From the NCBI GenBank assembly GCA_964569245.1, contig CAZMTK010000008.1:30938-94937 (forward strand): a stretch of 64,000 nucleotides of DNA. The letters are read 5' to 3'. Within the stretch, counting starts at the first letter, position 1. The number at the start of each line of letters is the position of its first letter. The notes beneath the pieces are model-generated. The model saw only the letters and a program-made list of their open reading frames with translations, searched no databases and was not told the origin of the DNA. This document shows, piece by piece, positions 57,986 through 64,000 of the stretch. A program made the translations under genes and the position numbers. The DNA is from an uncultured bacterium (GTDB lineage: Bacteria; Fermentibacterota; Fermentibacteria; Fermentibacterales; Fermentibacteraceae).

Positions 57986-58600
57986 ATGACGCTCCCGGCA
58001 GTGCTCTCGATCGCGATCCTTTCCGCCTTGCCGCAAGGCGGTGTCAGGCTCGGGCACCCGGTTCTGTGCAGCTCCAACGACGACCTGTTGCAGTACGACG
58101 ACGGGACGGCCTACTGGCTTACCTGGAGCGGTCTCTACAGAGGAGTGTGGTGGGACCTGGAAGACTTCTGTCCGGGCATGCCCGGCTGCAATGTCTGCGA
58201 GATGGAGTACTGGTTCTACCACCATGCGAGCTATCCATGGGACACTTCGGCCTTCTATGCGGAACTTTGCGACGGCACGCCCGTCGCCCCCACTGCCGAG
58301 GTATGGAACGAGTCGGTCACGGCGGTGCACTACGCTCCCTGCCATGCCCAGCCCGACGACGTGTTCGTCTATGACAACTTCTGGTCGCTGGTGAACACGG
58401 AGATGTCGGCCGGCGGCTGGCCGTCGTTACTCGGCGACAATACGCCTCAATCGGTCAGCCACAGCTTCTTCAGCGACGACTTCGTGGAGTGGCAGCCCTG
58501 GATCATGGGCGGAGCCACCGCGAACGACTTCTTCGTGAGGATCGGGATCGGATTAAAGCTGACGGAATCCACCTGGGGGGGATCAAGGCGCTGTTCCTGA
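57986..58600 (+). CDS. Hypothetical secreted Cys/Trp-rich protein
   Basis: Internal start MTLPAVLSIAILSALP (signal peptide); 8 Cys and many aromatic residues. No family recognised. Confidence 0.5.
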   Translation: MTLPAVLSIAILSALPQGGVRLGHPVLCSSNDDLLQYDDGTAYWLTWSGLYRGVWWDLEDFCPGMPGCNVCEMEYWFYHHASYPWDTSAFYAELCDGTPVAPTAEVWNESVTAVHYAPCHAQPDDVFVYDNFWSLVNTEMSAGGWPSLLGDNTPQSVSHSFFSDDFVEWQPWIMGGATANDFFVRIGIGLKLTESTWGGSRRCS

Positions 58601-58705
58601 CAGCCGACTGACATCCGCAGTTCCTCGTCATGCCGGCCAAGGTGAGCTGCTGATGCACTCCAGCCGGAGTGCCCGAGCCTGCCGACTGACGGCTGTCTTC
58701 CGCTC

Positions 58706-59056
58706 CTACTCCTCCGGCGGGCGGAGCTCGAACGGGATGGTTATCCTTATGTCTCCCATGCCCTGCTCGAGCGGGTCGAACCTGATGGCCGAAACGACCT
58801 CTTCGAGGCCCAGAGCCACGGGAGCCACGGAACTGTCACTGGAGACCTCTATGCCGCCCGCGAACCCATCGCGGGTTATCGTCAGGGAAACGGTAATGGT
58901 GCCGGCAGCATCCGGCGCCTCCTCCAGGTAGTCTTCGTAGGCCGCGGCTACAGCCGTCTGCAGGGGTCCCAGCCTCTCCATGATCGCCTCCAGGTCGCCC
59001 TCTGTCTGCGCGAGCGCTGCGAAAGCCAGCATCATCGAGACAGGCAACGTTCTCAT
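58706..59056 (-). CDS. Small periplasmic protein with TonB-C-terminal-like fold
   Basis: Start MRTLPVSMMLAFAALA (signal peptide). C-terminal pattern TITVSLTITRDGFAGGIEVSSDSS...IRFDP...IRITIPFEL resembles a TonB_C domain. Confidence 0.45.
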   Translation of the reverse strand: MRTLPVSMMLAFAALAQTEGDLEAIMERLGPLQTAVAAAYEDYLEEAPDAAGTITVSLTITRDGFAGGIEVSSDSSVAPVALGLEEVVSAIRFDPLEQGMGDIRITIPFELRPPEE

Positions 59057-59205
59057 GTCGGAACCTCCGTTCGCCATCGTTCGGGCTCGACGCATCCCCC
59101 TGCCGTCGCGCTGCAGGAACTCGGGCGCCAGGGGATTCAGGACCCGGGAACGTACAGGGCCCGGCGGCGACCCGCCGGGCCCTTGACTGCCGTCCGGCAC
59201 GGACA

Positions 59206-61095
59206 CTATTCCGGCGGCACCAGCACGAATGGCACCGACACCGGCAGGTCGGAGGTCTGGCCTTCTGCGGGTCCGAAGTTCAGCCCGGCGACGGCGGACT
59301 GTATCGTAGGGACGAGGCTCGAGAGCTCACCTGGGGCGTTCACCACGACACCGGTCACCGCACCGCTTGGTGTGATGTTGAACGATATCTGGACGGTGCC
59401 GCCGGCGGTGGGGTTCGTTCTGAGGAGGCTCTCGTACGCGGTCTGTATCCTCATCTTGATCACGTTGATGCGTCTGCGGATGTCCGTCATGTTCCGCTGA
59501 CCCAGGTCCAGGGCCTCGCCCGATGCCGTTGCGCTGAAGCTCACCGAAGCCGCCCGGTGCACCGCCTCTATGTCGCTCTGAGAAACCGTCTCAGCCGTAC
59601 CGACGACTCCTCCGCCTGCAGGCACAAGAGCGCCGATTCCCCCGGAGCCCCCTCCGCCGCCCCCGGCGATGAGGGCTTCTCCGCTCTGGCCCGATGCCAG
59701 CCCGAGGCCCGAGGAGGCTGCCGCCTGGAGGTCGCCTATGAAGCCCGCCCCTCCGCCAACGCCCTGCGTTCCGTAGGCGGCGAAGCCGATGTCCTGAAGT
59801 ACGCCCTGGCCTGCGGCAGCGCCGGCGGCCACTCCAGATGGACCCTCGCCGCCTCCGCCGGGAGCCCCGCCGCCGGGGCCGCCAACGGTGCCGATCTGCT
59901 CGCCGATCTCCGACTCGGAGATTATCTCCTCGCCAAGCCCCTCCATCTGAGGGGTGTTCTGAGCCAGGCTGGCGACGCGGGCGGTTGGCGCCCGTCTCAG
60001 GATCTGCGCCTTCGACTCGAAGTGCACGGTCACGAGCCTGTCGAAGGCCGCACCGAGAACCAGGGCCGCGAACAGAACGATGCCCATCGCGAACTGCAGG
60101 ACGTTCTTCTCTGTGCCTGAACCCTTGAGGGCGATCGCATCGTGCGGCCTGGCAGCGAACTCGCCCCACTCGTAGCGGGACGGGACGAAGGGCTTCTTCT
60201 CGGGCTCCCTGGGCTTCTCCACGACCTTGACCGGAGCCGGAGGCATGGCGAATCCGAAGAAGATCTCCGTTTCTCCGATCGTGAAGACTCCCGAGACATT
60301 CTTGTCCAGAGTCCAGAGGTAGGGCTCGCCCGGCTTCTCCTGCCTCATGAGGTTGCGCTCGACGAGGGTGCTGAACGGAATGATGCTGCCCTTGACCTCC
60401 ACCCCGCCCTTGATGTCGGGAAGGAGCTTCATGAGATATTTTCCGCCCTGCGGCTCGAGCAGAGTGTGTATCCTGGGCAGCCCGGCGCCCTTCACGCACA
60501 CGGTGTTGTAATCGGCTTCGCCTATGGTCATTATCCCGGCGTTCGGATAGACCTCCTGTCGAGGCATGCCGGGCCTCTCCACCAGCAGCTTGAGCACCCT
60601 GGGGTCGTCCTTCTCGGGCTCGGCAGGGGCGGCAGCGGCCTTCTCTGGTTCCTTGCGCGCTGGCTTGTCCGGCTCCTTGCGCGCTGGCGGGGCGATGAAG
60701 CCGAAGTGGATGACATAGGCTCCGGCCATGACCTGCCCCTGGTCGCCGTACTTGACGTTGATCTGGTAGAGACCCTGCTCGTCCCTCGGGAAGATGCCGA
60801 GATCCCTGAGGTCGGCGAAGTTCAGCCTGGTGCCGTCGGTGGAGGTGACGAGAGCGTTCATCCCCTCCGCCAGTCTGAGGGTCCAGGAGTCCTTGTCTGC
60901 ACCCGGGGTGATGAGGGCCAGGCTCTCGGGAAGCCCCTCGCCGTCAACGATGATGCTGTTGTTGTAGCCTGTTCCGAGCCTTACCGGATCTCGGCCGGGG
61001 ATGAGCTTGCTCACGATCCTGCCGTCGTGCATTACGGCGACAGCCAGGACCTTTCGCTCCGCCGGCACTCCTCCCGCCGGAACCTGGTCGCTCAT
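59206..61095 (-). CDS. Atypical TonB-family protein: two tandem cytoplasmic beta-rich repeats, K/E/P-rich octapeptide repeats, one TM helix, long Gly-rich linker and C-terminal TonB_C-like domain
   Basis: 629 aa. The repeats share G-x-(A)D-x-N-(S/T)-(I/V)-x-V-x-G-x-G-L-P. TM helix at VLQFAMGIVLFAALVLGAAF. C-terminus GTVQISFNITPSGAVTGVVV...VPFVLVPP. 4-nt overlap with the upstream exbD. Confidence 0.6.
   Translation of the reverse strand: MSDQVPAGGVPAERKVLAVAVMHDGRIVSKLIPGRDPVRLGTGYNNSIIVDGEGLPESLALITPGADKDSWTLRLAEGMNALVTSTDGTRLNFADLRDLGIFPRDEQGLYQINVKYGDQGQVMAGAYVIHFGFIAPPARKEPDKPARKEPEKAAAAPAEPEKDDPRVLKLLVERPGMPRQEVYPNAGIMTIGEADYNTVCVKGAGLPRIHTLLEPQGGKYLMKLLPDIKGGVEVKGSIIPFSTLVERNLMRQEKPGEPYLWTLDKNVSGVFTIGETEIFFGFAMPPAPVKVVEKPREPEKKPFVPSRYEWGEFAARPHDAIALKGSGTEKNVLQFAMGIVLFAALVLGAAFDRLVTVHFESKAQILRRAPTARVASLAQNTPQMEGLGEEIISESEIGEQIGTVGGPGGGAPGGGGEGPSGVAAGAAAGQGVLQDIGFAAYGTQGVGGGAGFIGDLQAAASSGLGLASGQSGEALIAGGGGGGSGGIGALVPAGGGVVGTAETVSQSDIEAVHRAASVSFSATASGEALDLGQRNMTDIRRRINVIKMRIQTAYESLLRTNPTAGGTVQISFNITPSGAVTGVVVNAPGELSSLVPTIQSAVAGLNFGPAEGQTSDLPVSVPFVLVPPE
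60650..60688. repeat. 24-nt tandem direct repeat (2 copies) inside the TonB-like gene
   Basis: TCCTTGCGCGCTGGC occurs twice 24 nt apart (60650-60664 and 60674-60688). It encodes the PARKEPDK/PARKEPEK octapeptide repeat on the minus strand. Confidence 0.5.
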
Positions 61096-61628
61096 GCTTC
61101 AGCCCTGCCTTCGTGCTTGATCACTTCCAGGTTCTGGGTCGCGAACCCTGCCTCAGAGCAGCTCGACATCACCCTCTGGAGGAGGATCGCGGGTATCGCG
61201 ACATCTCCCTGGATGTTGATCTTCATGTCCTCCTCGTCGATGGTACCCTGAAGGCGGCGTGTGTATTCCATGTGGTCACGCAGCCTCGTTACGAGCTCGG
61301 GAATGGAGTTCCCGGTGGCGAGGAGCTGGGGGGTCACCTGGACTATCGGGTCGCCGTCCACGACTACGACCTGGTTGTTGATCTGGATCTCCAGCTTCAG
61401 GCTGACAGGATTGTCGGACCTCGACCTCGGGAGGGTCAGGGCGTCGCTGAGGGTGACTATCTGGCCGTCCGCGCTGTAGGACATGAGGAGGAAGACCACG
61501 AGGATGGTGAACATGTCTATCATCGAGGTCATCTGGACTTCCACCCTCCTGCCCTTGCCCCTTATCAGGGCCTTGGTCTTGTTGTAGCCCAGAAGGAGCG
61601 GCAGGTGCCTCTTTGTGGGGGCGCTCAT
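61092..61628 (-). CDS. exbD: Biopolymer transport protein ExbD/TolR
   Basis: N-terminal TM (MIDMFTILVVFLLM) with conserved Asp, then the periplasmic ExbD fold; 178 aa. Confidence 0.8.
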   Translation of the reverse strand: MSAPTKRHLPLLLGYNKTKALIRGKGRRVEVQMTSMIDMFTILVVFLLMSYSADGQIVTLSDALTLPRSRSDNPVSLKLEIQINNQVVVVDGDPIVQVTPQLLATGNSIPELVTRLRDHMEYTRRLQGTIDEEDMKINIQGDVAIPAILLQRVMSSCSEAGFATQNLEVIKHEGRAEA

Positions 61629-61631
61629 GCG

Positions 61632-62195
61632 TCATCTCCCCATGGCGGCGTTCGTCGCGTTCCTGACCGCCGCGCTGGGCGCCACCTGGAGGCCTGGCTG
61701 ATCGAAGCCGGCGTCTGCGCAGGCGTCGATGGCGCTGATGATGTTGTCGTATCTCGTCCTCTCGACGGTGAGTATCGTCACCTTGTGGAACTCGATCTGC
61801 GGATACGCCTCGCCAAGGAGCCTGTGGACCTCGGCGGCCTTGGTCCGCAGCGAGTCGAAGTCGAAGGTGATCACCTCCTCGCCGTTCACGACCTGGCTCA
61901 CCGCATAGCACACATGAACGGTTCCGGCGACGGTGCCGATGAACATCTCCTCGTCGGTGATGATCACCTTGGGCTGCAGCCTGTCCTCCTCCGACCTCGC
62001 CAGGTTCGCGACAGCTCCCGCCCCGGCCGATCCGATGCCCTCGGTCTGAGCCATGGTGATGACCGTGATCTGCAGGAACGAGGCGGACAGCAGAAGGAAG
62101 GGGATGATGCAGCAGAACAGGTTCATCACAGGGAGGAGGTCTATTGACTCCGTCTTCCTGAGCCTGTGGCTCCTGCCGCTGGCTGCCTTCGCCAT
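61632..62195 (-). CDS. exbD: Biopolymer transport protein ExbD/TolR (second paralogue)
   Basis: Start MAKAASGRSH sharing one nt with the exbB stop (frame verified across 9 sequence lines). TM LLPVMNLFCCIIPFLLL. The 465-aa track ORF upstream part is out-of-frame junk over exbB. Confidence 0.8.
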   Translation of the reverse strand: MAKAASGRSHRLRKTESIDLLPVMNLFCCIIPFLLLSASFLQITVITMAQTEGIGSAGAGAVANLARSEEDRLQPKVIITDEEMFIGTVAGTVHVCYAVSQVVNGEEVITFDFDSLRTKAAEVHRLLGEAYPQIEFHKVTILTVERTRYDNIISAIDACADAGFDQPGLQVAPSAAVRNATNAAMGR

Positions 62196-63064
62196 CAGCC
62201 TTCCTTCCTGGCCTGGGCAAGCATGTTGATGACCATGACCGAGTACCTGTCGATGTCGTCGACGAGCTGGTCGGACTTGTTGGAGAGGAACGAGTGGATG
62301 ATCAGCGTGGGTATGGCGACTATGAGCCCGAAGGCGGTCGTGTTCATCGCGACGGCGATGCCGTTCGCGAGGATTCTGCCCTTGGTCTCGGGGTCGGCGA
62401 CCGACACGGCGCCGAACGCCTGTATCAGGCCGAAGATGGTGCCGAGCAGGCCGGTCATCGTAGCGACGTTGGCTATGACCGCGAGGTACGAGAGCCTCGC
62501 GTTTAGGCGGGGAAGCTCGGCCAGGGCCATCTCGTCCACGGCGTTCTGGATGTCCCTCTCGGTCCCCCTGTAGTTCCTGAGCGCGGCCTCGATGATCCGG
62601 GCCAGCGGCGCATCGTGCTCGGCAGCAGTGGCGATGGCGCCCTCGATGGAGCCCTTGCGGACCAGGTCGGCCACGCGAGCCATGAAGTCCTCCGGACGGA
62701 TGTTCGCCTGGAAGTAGAGGAAGACGAACCTCTCGACCGATATGGCGAGCCCGATCGCGAGGAAGAGCAGGATGGGCCACATGGCTATCCCGCCTTCGCG
62801 GAAGAAGCGGGCCACTTCGGAGAGGAGCCCGGGGCGCCCTGCCAGAGCCTCGGAGCCGCCCGTGGCCGCGGAGTCGGCTGGCGGCGTAGAGTCCGCGAGC
62901 ACCGCCGCAGCGGTATCCGGGGCCGAAACGGCTGTGCTGTCGGCGGTCATGGTGCTGTCCGCAGTCGAGTCGGCCGCGGCACTCGAATCCGCGGGCTGTG
63001 CACCGGATACTCCGCACACGGTCAGGCAAGTCACGGTCAGCATCGCCAGCAGGTAGCGCGGCAT
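62195..63064 (-). CDS. exbB: MotA/TolQ/ExbB proton-channel protein with N-terminal signal peptide and Ala/Asp/Ser/Thr low-complexity region
   Basis: Three TM helices with TolQ/ExbB-type conserved residues (IANVATMTGLLGTIFG, GIAVAMNTTAFGLIVAIP). N-terminal 75 aa low complexity (ADSTADSTMTADSTAVS...). Confidence 0.85.
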   Translation of the reverse strand: MPRYLLAMLTVTCLTVCGVSGAQPADSSAAADSTADSTMTADSTAVSAPDTAAAVLADSTPPADSAATGGSEALAGRPGLLSEVARFFREGGIAMWPILLFLAIGLAISVERFVFLYFQANIRPEDFMARVADLVRKGSIEGAIATAAEHDAPLARIIEAALRNYRGTERDIQNAVDEMALAELPRLNARLSYLAVIANVATMTGLLGTIFGLIQAFGAVSVADPETKGRILANGIAVAMNTTAFGLIVAIPTLIIHSFLSNKSDQLVDDIDRYSVMVINMLAQARKEG

Positions 63065-63094
63065 CAGGAGCTCCTCTCGATCAGGGCGGATCCG

Positions 63095-63553
63095 TCAGAG
63101 ACCGACGAGATCCAGAACGAGGTTTCCGGCGAGGCCGAGTCCCGCCATCACACCGAAGGCCAGACCCTGCTCCTCGTCACCGTCTGCATACATGAATGCC
63201 GAATATCCTCCCAGGGCTGCCACGGCGCCATACCTGACGTACCACGGCAGTATGGGAGTGTGTTGCGCCGCGCCCAGAAGAGGCTCGTCAGCGAAGGCCC
63301 CCGGGTAGATGGGGCGCACAATGTCCTCCAGGAAGCTTCTCTCCAGCAATACGTTGCTCAGGCTGGGCGAGCTCTTCAGTATCAGGAACATCGCCTGCGG
63401 AGTGCGGAGCTCGCCCTGTATGGTGATCTCTTCGAGGATCAGCCTGCCCTCCTCCATCCTGGCTTCCTGCGCAGCCGGGACAGAAGCGGCAAGCAGCACG
63501 AGGACGAGAGCGGCGCAAGGGCGGCCCGCTCCTGCGGACCCGTCAGGAGACAA
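63095..63553 (-). CDS. Hypothetical exported/membrane protein upstream of exbB
   Basis: Signal peptide (ALVLVLLAASVPAA); C-terminal hydrophobic segment; 152 aa; same strand and tight spacing with exbB. Confidence 0.45.
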   Translation of the reverse strand: MSPDGSAGAGRPCAALVLVLLAASVPAAQEARMEEGRLILEEITIQGELRTPQAMFLILKSSPSLSNVLLERSFLEDIVRPIYPGAFADEPLLGAAQHTPILPWYVRYGAVAALGGYSAFMYADGDEEQGLAFGVMAGLGLAGNLVLDLVGL

Positions 63554-64000
63554 TCAGCCTCCTTCCCCCGATGCCCCCCCCAACCACCGGGAAATACATC
63601 AAAGATACCGGGATGCCCCCAATGGTGGAACCATTCCCAGCCTCTTGCGACTCTACACCCTCCGGGGCCGCCTGTCCAGAGTCGCTCTGCGGAGTCGGAC
63701 TGACCGGGGATCCTGGAGCTGTCTGAGTGGAGTCGGGCTGAGGGGCCTGGTTGCCGCTCCACCCCGGAAGGTAGCCTATGGAGGCGACGGTGCCGGGCGC
63801 CATAAGCTCGAGATGGTCCGCGGCCTGGAACACCCACTCGTTGGAGATGCCGGCCGAGATGGCCTTCTCCACGGCGGTCCGGTAGACCTGCAGTGCCTTG
63901 CCCAGGTATGTCTCCATGACGGGGTAGAGCTGGTCGTAGAATGCCTGCACGCCGGCTTCGTCGAGCCCCTCCGGAGGTTCCATGTATCCGATGGCGTTCG
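63543..64000 (-). CDS. Hypothetical protein, probably 5'-truncated by the window edge
   Basis: ORF open to the window end (no in-frame stop between 63983 and 64000). Ser/Pro/Gln-rich middle and Gly-rich C-terminus. Confidence 0.35.
   Translation of the reverse strand, partial: NAIGYMEPPEGLDEAGVQAFYDQLYPVMETYLGKALQVYRTAVEKAISAGISNEWVFQAADHLELMAPGTVASIGYLPGWSGNQAPQPDSTQTAPGSPVSPTPQSDSGQAAPEGVESQEAGNGSTIGGIPVSLMYFPVVGGGIGGRRLIVS

Noticed and set aside
61276-62220. 314-aa minus-strand ORF overlapping both exbD genes
   Set aside because: Out-of-frame, His/Arg/Gly-rich. The two ExbD readings have canonical TM plus periplasmic domains.

Overview
This is a ~64 kb stretch of a high-GC (roughly two-thirds G+C by eye) bacterial chromosome, judged from the translations alone with no database search. 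The organism is almost certainly diderm, because the window encodes LptD, a SurA-like chaperone, split ADP-heptose (HldE) genes and an ExbB/ExbD/TonB-like cluster. Heavy use of TPR, FG-GAP and periplasmic-fusion architectures suggests an uncultivated lineage, perhaps Gemmatimonadota- or FCB-group-like, but that is inference only. The window is mostly conserved housekeeping and envelope genes in short operons with frequent 1-4 nt stop/start overlaps. Main gene groups: PASTA, rsmB, nfu, a GT39/ArnT-like glycosyltransferase and split rfaE/hldE; rpoZ, a SurA-like PPIase, an LpoA-like lipoprotein, ROK kinase and lptD; a rubrerythrin-like gene and HU; a polysaccharide-biosynthesis block (GT2, polyprenyl-P sugar transferase, class-V aminotransferase); trxA-trxB, a PDO-like gene and an OMP-like gene; a membrane spermidine-synthase fusion; tldD/pmbA; an RseC-like gene; a TPR-CRTAC1 gene; an Ntn hydrolase and GT2; and a 1063-aa class-III cyclase + STAND ATPase + TPR protein. 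A complete his operon, hisG-D-C-B-H-A-F-IE, runs from ~45970 down to ~39204 on the minus strand. Upstream of hisG I found a candidate His-rich leader peptide followed by an intrinsic-terminator hairpin, which would be a his attenuator. The 45970-64000 portion also holds a DegT aminotransferase, FmdB-DUF89-pdxT-pdxS, a stand-alone histidine ammonia-lyase, groES-groEL, and a Ton/Tol-like motor cluster whose TonB-like protein is atypical (tandem cytoplasmic repeats, Gly-rich linker). I saw no rRNA, tRNA, CRISPR array, transposase, integrase or phage gene. Many long ORFs in the six-frame track are antisense or off-frame artefacts of the high GC content and were rejected.
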